The notes under the pieces: model-generated
Seen by the model: only the letters and a program-made list of their open reading frames with translations
Told to the model about the DNA's origin: nothing
Database searches by the model: none
NCBI GenBank assembly: GCA_964574655.1
Contig: CAZNOH010000001.1
Coordinates: 329,852-393,851, forward strand
Direction: 5' to 3'
DNA: 64,000 bases
Origin: an uncultured Candidatus Saccharibacteria bacterium
GTDB lineage: Bacteria > Patescibacteriota > JABMPQ01 > JAQVVF01
In this document: positions 9,981-19,964 of the stretch, in pieces
How positions within the stretch are numbered: the first letter of the stretch is position 1
Layout: each line of letters opens with the position of its first letter
Position numbers and translations under genes: made by a program

Positions 9981-11588
9981 ATGAAAATACTTTTAGCAGG
10001 CGGAGGAACTGGCGGGCATATTATGCCTATTTTGGCTACAGTAAAGCAAATAATAAGAATAAATCCTGAGACGCAATTTTTATGGATAGGAACGAAAAAG
10101 GGTCCGGAAGCAAGAATTGCTCGCGATAATAAAATTGAGTTTAAGGCTGTTTTGGCTGGTAAAATGAGACGCTACGTTTCATTTTGGAATCTTGTTGATT
10201 TGATTAAGTTGCCTTTAGGTGTTGTGCAAGCTTATTTTAAAGTAAAAAAATTCAAGCCAGATGTTTGTTTTAGCAAGGGCGGATATGTAAGCGTTCCAAC
10301 TGTTCTTGCTTGCCATCATTTTAAAATTCCAGTTTTATTACATGAATCAGATATAATTGCTGGCAAATCAAATTTGTTTATGGCGAAATATGCCAATAAA
10401 ATTGCTTTAGGTTTTGAAGAAGGCAAGCAGAGTTTTAAAGATTATTCCAATAAAGTTGTTATTACTGGCAATCCAGTACGTGATGAAATTTTGTCAGCAA
10501 ATAGAGAAAATGGTTTAAAAGATTTTAAATTGAATAATAATAAGCCAGTTTTGTTGATAATGGGTGGGAGCCAAGGCGCTCAAAGAATAAATGAATTAAT
10601 TGGTCAAGTTTTGCCCAAGTTTTTGGAAAAATGGCAAATTATTCATCTTGTTGGTCCAGAGCATGGAAATCAAATTTTAGGAAATCTGGGTGCATTGGAG
10701 AATGATTATCATGTTTTTAAATTTTTGGATGGAAAAAAGATGGGCGAGGCTTTAGCAGTTGCGACATTAATAGTTTCAAGGTCTGGTGCTAATAGTTTGG
10801 CGGAAATTGCAGCATTGGGCAGACCAGCAATATTAATTCCATATCCTCATTCTGCAGGCGATCATCAAAAAATCAATGCTGATATTTATGCTAAAAATAA
10901 TGCAGCGATTGTCTTGGATGAGAAGGATCTGACTCCAGAAAAACTATTGAAAGAAATTAATAATTTGTTAATAGATAAAGGAAAATTAGAAAAATTGCAG
11001 TTAGCGATGTTAAAAATGTCTAATAAAGAGGCGAATAGCAAGTTAACAACTGAAATTTTAGCTTTGGCCAAATCAAAAAATGTTTTGGCTAAAAAGAATA
11101 AGAAGATTTTAGTGTTTGTAGAGGGTACTATTTTGATGCAAAAAAAAGCTTTTGGTGAAAGTCGTGATAAAATTGTTTTGCAGGTTAAAAATAACGATCC
11201 TTCAATTGATGATTTTGCTAATTATATTATGATTGGCCAAGCAAATTTGAAATTAAAAAAATGGCAAGAGCAAGGCGCAAAAATTTTGTATTTAACTTCA
11301 AGAACTTTGGCTGAAGAAGTTGCTCAGATCGGTGAAGTCTTGGCTAAAAATAATTTTCCAGAAGGTGATTTATTCTATAGAAAAGAAAATCAGCAATATA
11401 AAGATATTGTTGAATATATAAAGCCAGATATTTTGATTGAAGATGATTGTGAAAGTATTGGTGGAATAAAAGAGATGGCTATTTCTCAAGTTAAGCCAGA
11501 AATTAAAAATAATATTAAATTAATTGTTGTTAAAGAATTCGCTGGCATTGATAATCTTGTGGATGAAATTTCTGATTTGATGAAATAA
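9981..11588 (+). CDS. murG: MurG fused to a C-terminal HAD-like domain
   Basis: AGGGTGGH, KGGYVS, HESD, TGNPVR, GGSQGA, SRSGA, DHQKINA; extra ~165 aa (ILVFVEGTIL..YLTSR..PDILIEDD); ATG 9981 preferred to TTG 9963. Confidence 0.9.
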   Translation: MKILLAGGGTGGHIMPILATVKQIIRINPETQFLWIGTKKGPEARIARDNKIEFKAVLAGKMRRYVSFWNLVDLIKLPLGVVQAYFKVKKFKPDVCFSKGGYVSVPTVLACHHFKIPVLLHESDIIAGKSNLFMAKYANKIALGFEEGKQSFKDYSNKVVITGNPVRDEILSANRENGLKDFKLNNNKPVLLIMGGSQGAQRINELIGQVLPKFLEKWQIIHLVGPEHGNQILGNLGALENDYHVFKFLDGKKMGEALAVATLIVSRSGANSLAEIAALGRPAILIPYPHSAGDHQKINADIYAKNNAAIVLDEKDLTPEKLLKEINNLLIDKGKLEKLQLAMLKMSNKEANSKLTTEILALAKSKNVLAKKNKKILVFVEGTILMQKKAFGESRDKIVLQVKNNDPSIDDFANYIMIGQANLKLKKWQEQGAKILYLTSRTLAEEVAQIGEVLAKNNFPEGDLFYRKENQQYKDIVEYIKPDILIEDDCESIGGIKEMAISQVKPEIKNNIKLIVVKEFAGIDNLVDEISDLMK

Positions 11589-11609
11589 AAAACCCAAAAA
11601 ATATTTGGG

Positions 11610-11843
11610 TTAGTGCAAAGTAGAAGCAAGCGCAAGTTGAAGAGCTAAATTAGCTAAAATCAGTCCAGTGACAAGCGTTGGTTCGTTGATGCGAAGGGTG
11701 AGCTGACTTGCAATGTTGGAAGTTCCTTGGAAACTGATAACTTCAAGGCAAGGTTTACCGTCATCGAAAAAATTCAGAGGATTATTTAGACTTTTGACGA
11801 GCTGTTCGAGTTGCTTGCTAGTCAATTTGATTGTTGCGAGCAT
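11610..11843 (-). CDS. Small SD-led orphan protein (77 aa)
   Basis: AAAGGAGGGGAA-ATG; TTGACA-16-TATAAT upstream; hairpin plus U-tract at 11586-11611; fills the murG-murC gap. Confidence 0.7.
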   Translation of the reverse strand: MLATIKLTSKQLEQLVKSLNNPLNFFDDGKPCLEVISFQGTSNIASQLTLRINEPTLVTGLILANLALQLALASTLH

Positions 11844-11887
11844 TTCCCCTCCTTTTTTCTTTGCAGTTTGAAAAAGCAGGACAACTT

Positions 11888-11915
11888 ATTATATTCTCTA
11901 CTTATATTATGTCAA
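11888..11915 (-). promoter_or_regulatory. sigma70-like promoter for 11610..11843
   Basis: Minus strand TTGACA (11910-15), 16 bp, TATAAT (11888-93); overlaps murC ATG. Confidence 0.65.
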
Positions 11916-13204
11916 TAAATTTAGAAAAAATCAAGAAGGCGTATTTTATTGGTATCGGCGGAATTGGTGTTTCGGCTGTTGCTAGAATTTTTATGGAAAA
12001 AGGAATCCAAGTTTTTGGATCTGATTTGGTTGAAAGTATAGTTACAAAAGATTTAATTAAAAAAGGTGCTAAGATTTTTATTGGCAAACATAATGCAAAA
12101 AATTTGCAAGATGATGTTGATTTAGTTATCTATACTGTGGCAACGGAAAATGATAATCCAGAATTAGTTAAGGCTATTAAATTAAAAATTAAAACATTAA
12201 GCTATCCTCAAGTTTTGGGTGAATTAACAAAAAATAAATATTTGATTGCAGTATCAGGTACTCATGGAAAGACAACGACGACGGCGATGATTGGATTAAT
12301 GTTAGTAAGAGCAGGCATGGATCCAACCGTGATTGTTGGATCAAACATCAAAGAATTTGGTGGTAATGCAAGATTGGGTAAAAGCGATTATTTTGTTATT
12401 GAAGCAGATGAATACAGAAGAGCATTTTTAAATTATAATCCAAAGATTGCAGTTGTTTTAAATATTGAATTTGATCATCCTGATTGCTATAAAAATTTAG
12501 ATGATGTGAAAGATGCTTTTGATATTTTTATGGCTAAGGCTGATTATATTGTTGATCATCCAGAAAATTTAATAAATGATTTAGATTTAAGATTAAAAGT
12601 GCCTGGAAAAGGTTTTTTGCTTGATGCGCTGTCTGCTCGTGAAGTTGGTAGAATTTTGGAAATTGATGATAAAATAGTTAAGGAAAGTTTGGAAAACTAT
12701 CAAGGTTCTTGGCGGAGATTTGAGATAAAAGGTGAAGTTAATGGAGTAATTGTCATTGATGATTATGCTCATCATCCAACAGAAGTAAAATCAACTTTGC
12801 AGGCGGCAAAAGAAAAATATCCGACCCGCCTTCGCCAAGGCTCCGGCGGGCAAGGTAAAAATATTATTTGTGTTTTTCAACCGCATCATCAAGATCGATT
12901 TAATGCATTGTTTGATGAATTTGTTAATTCTTTTAAAGATTGCGATAAATTAATTTTGACGGATGTGTATCATGTGGCAGGACGTGAATCGCGAATAAAC
13001 ACAAATGCTCTTCGGGTTACAAATAGCACAAAAAAAACCTCTAAAGAATTGGCTGAAAAAATTGGTGGAAAGGCTGTTTATGTTGGGTCTTTAGATAAGG
13101 CTTTGGAATGGCTGACTAAAAATGTTAAAGCTGGCGATGTTGTGATTACGATGGGAGCTGGAGACGTGACAAAAATAAGCGATGAATTGGTTAAGAAATT
13201 ATAA
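11909..13204 (+). CDS. murC: UDP-N-acetylmuramate--L-alanine ligase
   Basis: FIGIGGIGVSA, VSGTHGKTTT, IEADE, NIEFDHPD, DDYAHHPTE, VFQPH, MGAGD; start moved to ATG 11909. Confidence 0.95.
   Translation: MSINLEKIKKAYFIGIGGIGVSAVARIFMEKGIQVFGSDLVESIVTKDLIKKGAKIFIGKHNAKNLQDDVDLVIYTVATENDNPELVKAIKLKIKTLSYPQVLGELTKNKYLIAVSGTHGKTTTTAMIGLMLVRAGMDPTVIVGSNIKEFGGNARLGKSDYFVIEADEYRRAFLNYNPKIAVVLNIEFDHPDCYKNLDDVKDAFDIFMAKADYIVDHPENLINDLDLRLKVPGKGFLLDALSAREVGRILEIDDKIVKESLENYQGSWRRFEIKGEVNGVIVIDDYAHHPTEVKSTLQAAKEKYPTRLRQGSGGQGKNIICVFQPHHQDRFNALFDEFVNSFKDCDKLILTDVYHVAGRESRINTNALRVTNSTKKTSKELAEKIGGKAVYVGSLDKALEWLTKNVKAGDVVITMGAGDVTKISDELVKKL
12825..12854. repeat. 30-bp CAAG-tailed hairpin inserted in frame in murC
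   Basis: cccgccttcgccaaggctccggcgggcaag; adds TRLRQGSGGQ between KEKYP and GKNIICVFQPH. Confidence 0.88.
12986..13032. repeat. AATCGCGAAT..CACAAAT repeat inside murC
   Basis: gaatcgcgaataaacacaaat..tacaaatagcacaaa; homologous to 22486-22526 and 32853-32894. Confidence 0.75.
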
Positions 13205-13232
13205 ATTTTAAAAATAAATTAATAAAAACAAA

Positions 13233-15059
13233 ATGAAAAGACAGAAATTATTAATTATCGGGATGATGTTTGTTGTGTTTTCTTTTCTTGGTATTAATGC
13301 AAATGCCGAGATTTTGGATAGGACAACTGATTCCTTGTTTGATTTCGAGACTTATGGCGATTCTAGGACAGGTCATACCGCACATCAACAAATTGTCGAT
13401 CAAATGGTGCCATTGAATTCTGATTTTGTGTTGCATGTGGGAGATATAGTGGACTCAGGTGCTTCAATACCTGAATGGAACATTTTTTTGAGCATTACAG
13501 CAGGATATAGAGACAAAGCTATAAAGAACGGCTTGACTAGAAATTTTTATCCAAGCATTGGCAATCATGATTATCCTTTAGCAAACTATGATGATTTGTT
13601 TGGCGTAGATCATTATTATTCTTGGGATTATAAAGGTTTTCATTTTATTTCTTTAAATACGCTGGAATCTTATATTCAAGGGAGCGATCAATATAATTGG
13701 CTAGTTAATGATTTAGTTGTAAATGATGATAAAGAAATAATAGTATTTTTTCATAATCCGCCTTATAGTTCTGGATCGCATGGTAGTGATTCTGGTGTGC
13801 AGAATATTCTAGTTCCATTATTTGAACAAGCGGGTGTAAGTTTAGTTTTTAATGGACATGATCATCTATACGAGAGGACCTATCCGATTTATAATAACGC
13901 TGTAAATTATTCAAATGGCGTAACTTATATTACAACTGGAGGAGGTGGCGCTCCGTTATATAATTTTACATCGGGAAATTGGTGGACAGCGTATATTAAA
14001 AAAACTTACGAATTTGTTTATTTGCAAGTAACGAGCAGTAGAATTTATGGAACTGCTGTTGATGAAAATGGAAATCAGTTTGATAGTTTTGAAATAACAA
14101 ATAGAAAGAACCAGAAATATTTAATGACTTCTTTGGAAGATAATGGACGTGAGAGAATAAAACAATATCAAACTTCAAGAGATCTCTATGATAATGGATT
14201 TTATGCCTATAAAAATTCTAATAAAAATAATGGGACTAGGATTGCAAGAGCTGATGTTGATTTAGATGGCAAAGATGAATTAATAATTGGCGCTGGACCT
14301 GGCGGAAGGCCGTGGGTAAAAATATTTAAAACTGATGGGACTTTATTGAAGAAATTTTATGCGTTTAAGAAATCTTATTCTGGAGGAGTAGATGTGGCAG
14401 GAGGTGATGTGAATAATGATAACTATGATGAAATTGCAGTGTCAAAATTTTCTGGAGATGGATCGAAAGTAAAAATTTTTAATTATCTTGATAATGCTGT
14501 TCTTTTTGATAGAATAATATTTCCGAACTTAAATACAGGTGCTTCGATATCAATGGGAGATGTTGATTCAGATGGCAAAGATGAATTAATTGCTGGAACT
14601 TCTGGATCAGTCTCTACTATTGTTAAATTCTATAATATCCGTACAAATGATATTAATGGCAAAAAATTAGATATTGAATTAAAACCATTTAAAAGTTCAA
14701 TAAAAACTGGGATAGATGTCAGCAACGGAGATGTTGATGATGATGGTTTGGTTGAAATTGGAGTGTCAAAATTATCTGGCGACAAAGGCAGAATTAAAAT
14801 TTTGGAATATGATGTGTCTGGTATTGTTTTGAAAAAGATTTCTGTTTTTAGGAAAGATCATAAAAGTGGTGCGAATATTGAAATGTTTGATGTAAATTCT
14901 GATGGTAAAACTGAAATAATTGCAAGTTCTAGAAAAGCAAACGATAGCCAACCTAGAATAAAAATTTTTAAGACTAATGGTAAAAAGTATAGTGATATTT
15001 TTTATCCATACAATAAAAGTTTGAAAGCGGGAGTTGTTGTTGCAGGTGTGAATGAATAG
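13233..15059 (+). CDS. Secreted metallophosphoesterase with FG-GAP-like repeats
   Basis: Signal peptide; YGDSR, HVGDIV, IGNHD, FFHNP, NGHDH; C-terminal DVDLDGKDEL repeats. Confidence 0.85.
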   Translation: MKRQKLLIIGMMFVVFSFLGINANAEILDRTTDSLFDFETYGDSRTGHTAHQQIVDQMVPLNSDFVLHVGDIVDSGASIPEWNIFLSITAGYRDKAIKNGLTRNFYPSIGNHDYPLANYDDLFGVDHYYSWDYKGFHFISLNTLESYIQGSDQYNWLVNDLVVNDDKEIIVFFHNPPYSSGSHGSDSGVQNILVPLFEQAGVSLVFNGHDHLYERTYPIYNNAVNYSNGVTYITTGGGGAPLYNFTSGNWWTAYIKKTYEFVYLQVTSSRIYGTAVDENGNQFDSFEITNRKNQKYLMTSLEDNGRERIKQYQTSRDLYDNGFYAYKNSNKNNGTRIARADVDLDGKDELIIGAGPGGRPWVKIFKTDGTLLKKFYAFKKSYSGGVDVAGGDVNNDNYDEIAVSKFSGDGSKVKIFNYLDNAVLFDRIIFPNLNTGASISMGDVDSDGKDELIAGTSGSVSTIVKFYNIRTNDINGKKLDIELKPFKSSIKTGIDVSNGDVDDDGLVEIGVSKLSGDKGRIKILEYDVSGIVLKKISVFRKDHKSGANIEMFDVNSDGKTEIIASSRKANDSQPRIKIFKTNGKKYSDIFYPYNKSLKAGVVVAGVNE

Positions 15060-15097
15060 ATATTCGGACATTGTGATATTCGGATATTAGGAATCGC

Positions 15098-15136
15098 TAC
15101 CCAACTTTTGTTGGGGTTCGGCAAACTTTAGTTTGC
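15098..15136. repeat. TACCC double-hairpin repeat within a GATATT 8-mer array
   Basis: tacccaacttttgttggggttcggcaaactttagtttgc, flanked by gatattcg/gatattag units (15059-15180). Confidence 0.75.
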
Positions 15137-15183
15137 AGGAGGTTGAGATATTTTAATATTAAGATATTTGGGTATTAGAAATT

Positions 15184-16122
15184 ATGAATAATTTTTTCGA
15201 AAAATGCGAACGAAATGTTAGTTTAAGTGAACATACAACATTTAAAATTGGCGGACCAGCTGATTACTTTTTTGTAGCAAAAAATCAGGAAGATTTAATT
15301 GAGGCGTTGAAGGTAGCACAGGAAGAAAAAATTGATTATTATATTCTAGGCGCTGGGTCAAATGTGTTAATTTCAGATGATGGTTTTAGAGGCTTGATAA
15401 TTAAAATAGAGATTACTGATTTGAATTTAGAGAATAATATTATAAAGGCAGGTGCTGGTGTTGCAGTTGGAAAAATCGTGAGTTCAGCTTTAGATAATAA
15501 TTTGACAGGCGTTGAATTTTGGACAGGAGTGCCTGGAACAATTGGCGGGGCAATTTTTGGAAATGCTGGAGCTTATGGAAAAGACGCAAAAGATGTCTTA
15601 AAAAGTGTGACTTATTATGATATTACTGAAAACAAAATAATCAAGAAAGAAATTAGCGAGCTTGGTTTTTCTTATCGATCCAGCGAATTTAAAGAAGATA
15701 AAGATAAAATTATTTTGTCTTGTGAAATTAAATTAGAAAAAGGCGATAAAAATAAGATAATCGCTGAAATGTCGGATATTGCAAAAAAACGAGTTTCTAA
15801 AATTCCTGTTGAACAAAGCGCTGGTTCAGTTTTTAAAAATGTAGTTTTAAAAGAATTAAGAATAGAGAATAGAGAATTGAGAAAATACTTGAAAGAATTT
15901 GTACATGGAAAGATTCCTGTTGCATTATTAATTGAAAAATGTGGATTAAAAGGTAAGCAAGTTGGTGGCGCAAAAGTTTCAGAAAAGCATGCTAATTTTA
16001 TAGTGAATACTGGTAGCGCAAAAGCAAAAGATGTGCTAGAGTTAGTTGAAATAGTAAAAAAGAGCGTGAAGGAAAAGTTTGGTGTAGAGTTAGAGCTGGA
16101 GAACATTTTAGTTGGATTCTGA
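15184..16122 (+). CDS. murB: UDP-N-acetylenolpyruvoylglucosamine reductase
   Basis: HTTFKIGGPA, LGAGSNVL, GVPGTIGGAIFGNAGAYG, FSYRSS, SAGSVFKN, SEKHANFIVN. Confidence 0.95.
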   Translation: MNNFFEKCERNVSLSEHTTFKIGGPADYFFVAKNQEDLIEALKVAQEEKIDYYILGAGSNVLISDDGFRGLIIKIEITDLNLENNIIKAGAGVAVGKIVSSALDNNLTGVEFWTGVPGTIGGAIFGNAGAYGKDAKDVLKSVTYYDITENKIIKKEISELGFSYRSSEFKEDKDKIILSCEIKLEKGDKNKIIAEMSDIAKKRVSKIPVEQSAGSVFKNVVLKELRIENRELRKYLKEFVHGKIPVALLIEKCGLKGKQVGGAKVSEKHANFIVNTGSAKAKDVLELVEIVKKSVKEKFGVELELENILVGF

Positions 16123-16175
16123 ATTTTTCAGGAATAAAAAAATCGCCTTTTGAAAAGCGATTAGAGAAAGTACTT

Positions 16176-16601
16176 TTAGTCGATTGTTGACGCAACGAGG
16201 TCAAGAATCGTTTGCGTATTTGCAGGTTTTTCAAGTTGGACAGCATTGTATTGTTTTACTTGCTCCAATGCTTCATACGTAGACGAGAAAAGAATAATTG
16301 GCTTGGAATAGCCATTGCTTCTTAGTTGAATAATGGCTTGAAGTCCAGTCATTTCCGATCCCGTATCATGATCAGAAATGATCAGATCAAAGATGCGTGA
16401 CGATGCAATTTCAAATCCTTCTTCAGCAGTTTCTGCTATAACAACATCATATTGTCTTTTCAAGAGACGATTTAACATTCCACGGATCACTCGATCATCG
16501 TCAATGATCAGAATTGTCCTTTTCGTTGTTGCATGAAGAGTAGCGAGAAAAAGGCAAAGTGCAACCCCGACGCCTCCCAGAACCATGCCGGTCTCGATCA
16601 T
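16176..16601 (-). CDS. Single-domain response regulator (receiver) with N-terminal hydrophobic segment
   Basis: ILIIDDD, DLIISD, PIILFSS, LEKP; GAGGT SD; TTGACA-16-TACTAT with TG extension (16657-16684); terminator 16134-16162. Confidence 0.8.
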   Translation of the reverse strand: MIETGMVLGGVGVALCLFLATLHATTKRTILIIDDDRVIRGMLNRLLKRQYDVVIAETAEEGFEIASSRIFDLIISDHDTGSEMTGLQAIIQLRSNGYSKPIILFSSTYEALEQVKQYNAVQLEKPANTQTILDLVASTID

Positions 16602-16690
16602 TTAGGAACCTCGCAGTATTACCCGCGCTTCTGGCTTTATGTGGGCCAGTGTGTATATAGTATCATATTTTAATAATTTGTCAATACTTT

Positions 16691-17023
16691 ATGAAAATCA
16701 CAATTTATCACAAAAAAATTGAATTAACGGACAAGCTTTATGCTTATGTCCAAGAAAAAGTCGGCGGGTTAGAGCAATATATTGACAATGTCATTGAATG
16801 TTTTGTAGAGTTAGACGAAGATACTTCAATGAAATCAGGCAAAAAATTTAGATGCGAAGTGCAAATGAAAATTCCAAGATCTTCAATTCGAGCTGAAGAA
16901 ATCGCTTATGATATTTTTGAAGCAATTGATTTGATAATTCCAAAATTAACTAAACAAATTGAGAGATACAAAGATAATCAAGAACATAAAAGAGGAATAA
17001 GAGAGGTAATGGGTAAAATCTAA
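16691..17023 (+). CDS. raiA: Ribosome hibernation factor HPF/RaiA
   Basis: MKITI....ELTDKLYAYVQEKV, IRAEE...DIFEAID......KQI; upstream of secA. Confidence 0.88.
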   Translation: MKITIYHKKIELTDKLYAYVQEKVGGLEQYIDNVIECFVELDEDTSMKSGKKFRCEVQMKIPRSSIRAEEIAYDIFEAIDLIIPKLTKQIERYKDNQEHKRGIREVMGKI

Positions 17024-17030
17024 TTATTAT

Positions 17031-17106
17031 TGTTATTCTGTAGCTTTGCGAGGAATCCCAAAATTATTTTTAATAACGGGATCTCTCGCCGCGGCTCGAG
17101 ATGACA
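17031..17106. repeat. TGTCA..TGACA structured repeat
   Basis: tgttattctg..gaggaatccc..gggatctctcg..gctcgagatgaca; copies at 35601 and 36296. Confidence 0.7.
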
Positions 17107-17116
17107 GAAATTTTTT

Positions 17117-19960
17117 ATGGCATTTAATTTTTTAAAAAAAATATTTGGTGATCCAAATAAGCGAGTTTTAGATCAGCTCGCTCCTTTGGTTGAAAAAATA
17201 AATTCATTAGAGCTGGAAATAAAGAAACTATCGGCTGATGAATTAAAATCTAAAACTCAAGAATTAAAATCGGAATTAAAAAATGGCAAGACTCTAGATG
17301 ATATTTTGCCGAAAGCTTTTGCATTGGTTCGTGAAGCTTCAAAAAGAACAACAAAGATGCGACATTTTGATGTTCAGCTTTTGGGTGGAATAGTTCTTCA
17401 TCAAGGAAAGATTTCGGAAATGAAAACTGGTGAAGGAAAAACATTAGTTGCGACATTGCCATTATATCTTAATGCTTTGTTAGGCAAGGGCGCGCATTTA
17501 GTAACTGTAAATGATTATTTGGCAAGACGTGATACTGTTTGGATGGGACAGATATATAATGCATTAGGGTTAAGTGTTGGCTGTATTCAGCATGAGCAGG
17601 CATTTGTTTATGATCCTAGTTTGAAAAATCCTAAATCCCAAATCCTAAATCCTAAACAAATTACAAATAACAAATTACAAAATTCTAATGACGACGAAAC
17701 TGCTGGCGAACTTGATGAAGAGCGGGATGAGATGGGAAGTTTTAAGGTTTTTCATGAATTTTTACGGCCAGTTACTCGTAAAGAAGCATATTCGGCTGAT
17801 ATCACTTATGGAACAAACAATGAATATGGTTTTGATTATTTGAAAGATAATATGGTTGCAGAATTGTCTGAAAAAGTGCAAAGAGATTTTAATTTTGCGA
17901 TTGTTGATGAAGTTGATTCTATTTTGATTGATGAAGCGAGGACTCCTTTAATTATTTCTGCACCGGCTGAAGAGGCAGTTGATTTGTATAATCAATTTGC
18001 TAGATTAATTCCAAAATTAGAAGAAAACAAAGATTATAATATTGATGAAAAAATGCGGGCAGCAACTTTGACAGATGCTGGAATTGCAAAATTGGAAAAG
18101 ATGTTGGGTTTAAAAAATATTTATGAGGAAAAGGGCATTGAGGTTGTACATCATATAGAACAAGCTTTGAAAGCTCATACTCTGTTCAAAAGGGATAAAG
18201 ATTATGTTGTTAAAAATAATGAAGTAATGATTGTTGATGAATTTACTGGAAGATTAATGCCAGGCAGACGTTTTTCAGAAGGTCTGCATCAAGCATTGGA
18301 AGCAAAAGAAAATGTGGCGATTCAAAGAGAATCAAGGACATTGGCAACGATTACTTTCCAAAATTATTTTAGGATTTATAAAAAATTAGCTGGCATGACT
18401 GGAACAGCGGCAACGTCAGCTGAAGAATTTTCGAAAGTTTATAAATTAGATGTTGTTATAATTCCTACAAACAAACCGTTGGTCCGTAAAAATTTGAATG
18501 ATTTGGTTTATAAAAATGAATTAGGAAAATATATTGCAGTTGTTAAAGATGTGAAAGAGAGGAATAAATTAGGCCAGCCAGTTTTGATTGGCACTATATC
18601 GATTGAAAAAAATGAAAGACTGGGTCAGATGCTAGAAGATGAAGGAATAAAATGCAATGTTTTGAATGCTAAGAACCATGAAAAAGAAGGAGAAATAATT
18701 GCTCAAACTGGAAAAATGGGAGCTGTGACTGTTGCTACAAATATGGCAGGTCGTGGTGTAGATATTATTTTAGGCGGAGTGCCTTTGAATAAAGAAGAAG
18801 CCAAAAAAGTTTGCGATTTAGGAGGTCTTCATGTGATTGGAACAGAAAGGCATGAAGCACGAAGAATTGACAATCAGCTAAGAGGACGCGCCGGACGTCA
18901 AGGCGATCCTGGTTCTTCGCAATTTTTTGTTTCCATGGAAGATGACTTGATGAGAATATTTGGTTCAGACAGAATGAAAGGAATGATGGATACTTTGAAA
19001 TTGCCAGATGATCAGCCAATTGAACATGGATTGATTTCAAGATCAATTGAAGCAGCACAAAGCAAAGTTGAAGGTAATAATTATGATATTAGAAAGCATG
19101 TTTTGGAATATGATGATGTAATGAATAAACATCGCGAAGTTATTTATAAAAAGCGTAATAATGTTTTATTGGCATGGGAGCGTGAAAAATTAAAAGCTAC
19201 AAATTCTAAATCTCAAATCTTGCCTACTGGTAGGCAAGTAGATGACAAATTACAAAATACGAATTCGAAACAACTGACAACTAAAGAAATAGTTTTACAA
19301 TATGTTGAAGATGAGATTGATCAGGTTGTAACTAATCATACTGGAGCAGAAGAAGTAGAAAATTGGAATTGTGAAGAAATTTATGAATCGATTAATTCTA
19401 TTTTTTCAGTTTCAAGCGAGATCCATATTGAATTAAAAAATTTAGCTAAGAAAGCTGGAAATGAAAAAAATGGCGCGGAAGCGAGGACAATAATTATAAA
19501 TTATCTTCTAGGCTTGATGAAGAAGGCTTACGATGTTAAAGAAAAAGAAAATGGATATGAAGGAATGCGACAGATTGAAAGAGCAGTATTGCTTCGAACT
19601 ATTGATTCTTTGTGGATGGATCATCTTGATGCTATGGAGTATATGAGAGAGGGAATTGGTTTAAGAGGTTTTGGTCAAAAGGATCCATTAGTTGAATATA
19701 AAAAAGAAGCATTTGGAATGTTTGGCGCTTTATTGGCAGAAATTCAAAATCGAGTTGTTTACACAATTTTTAAAGTTGGTATTGTTACACAGCAAGTATC
19801 TCCGATGCAAAAAGCAAAACAGCAAATGCAAACTTCTGGAGCAGAAAAAGGCGAAGATTCTAAAATTTTGCCGGAACGGGTTGATGAGATAGGTAGAAAT
19901 GAGCCGTGTCCTTGCGGTTCAAAAAGAAAATATAAGAAATGTTGTGGTAAAGATAAATAA
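17117..19960 (+). CDS. secA: Preprotein translocase ATPase SecA
   Basis: MKTGEGKT, DEVDSILIDEARTPLIIS, ATNMAGRG, QLRGRAGRQGDPG, SEC-C (GRNEPCPCGS..KYKKCCG). Confidence 0.98.
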   Translation: MAFNFLKKIFGDPNKRVLDQLAPLVEKINSLELEIKKLSADELKSKTQELKSELKNGKTLDDILPKAFALVREASKRTTKMRHFDVQLLGGIVLHQGKISEMKTGEGKTLVATLPLYLNALLGKGAHLVTVNDYLARRDTVWMGQIYNALGLSVGCIQHEQAFVYDPSLKNPKSQILNPKQITNNKLQNSNDDETAGELDEERDEMGSFKVFHEFLRPVTRKEAYSADITYGTNNEYGFDYLKDNMVAELSEKVQRDFNFAIVDEVDSILIDEARTPLIISAPAEEAVDLYNQFARLIPKLEENKDYNIDEKMRAATLTDAGIAKLEKMLGLKNIYEEKGIEVVHHIEQALKAHTLFKRDKDYVVKNNEVMIVDEFTGRLMPGRRFSEGLHQALEAKENVAIQRESRTLATITFQNYFRIYKKLAGMTGTAATSAEEFSKVYKLDVVIIPTNKPLVRKNLNDLVYKNELGKYIAVVKDVKERNKLGQPVLIGTISIEKNERLGQMLEDEGIKCNVLNAKNHEKEGEIIAQTGKMGAVTVATNMAGRGVDIILGGVPLNKEEAKKVCDLGGLHVIGTERHEARRIDNQLRGRAGRQGDPGSSQFFVSMEDDLMRIFGSDRMKGMMDTLKLPDDQPIEHGLISRSIEAAQSKVEGNNYDIRKHVLEYDDVMNKHREVIYKKRNNVLLAWEREKLKATNSKSQILPTGRQVDDKLQNTNSKQLTTKEIVLQYVEDEIDQVVTNHTGAEEVENWNCEEIYESINSIFSVSSEIHIELKNLAKKAGNEKNGAEARTIIINYLLGLMKKAYDVKEKENGYEGMRQIERAVLLRTIDSLWMDHLDAMEYMREGIGLRGFGQKDPLVEYKKEAFGMFGALLAEIQNRVVYTIFKVGIVTQQVSPMQKAKQQMQTSGAEKGEDSKILPERVDEIGRNEPCPCGSKRKYKKCCGKDK
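17626..17688. repeat. 9x7-bp heptamer array in frame within secA
   Basis: aaatcct aaatccc aaatcct aaatcct aaacaaa ttacaaa taacaaa ttacaaa attctaa = 63 bp. Confidence 0.8.
19201..19270. repeat. Heptamer array with nested palindrome within secA
   Basis: aaattct aaatctc aaat[cttgcctactggtaggcaag 19219-19238]..tgacaaa ttacaaa. Confidence 0.7.
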
Positions 19961-19964
19961 GGTT

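Noticed and set aside
11831-11908. N-terminal extension of murC from TTG 11831
   Set aside because: It overlaps the SD and promoter of the minus-strand orphan; MurC similarity begins after ATG 11909.
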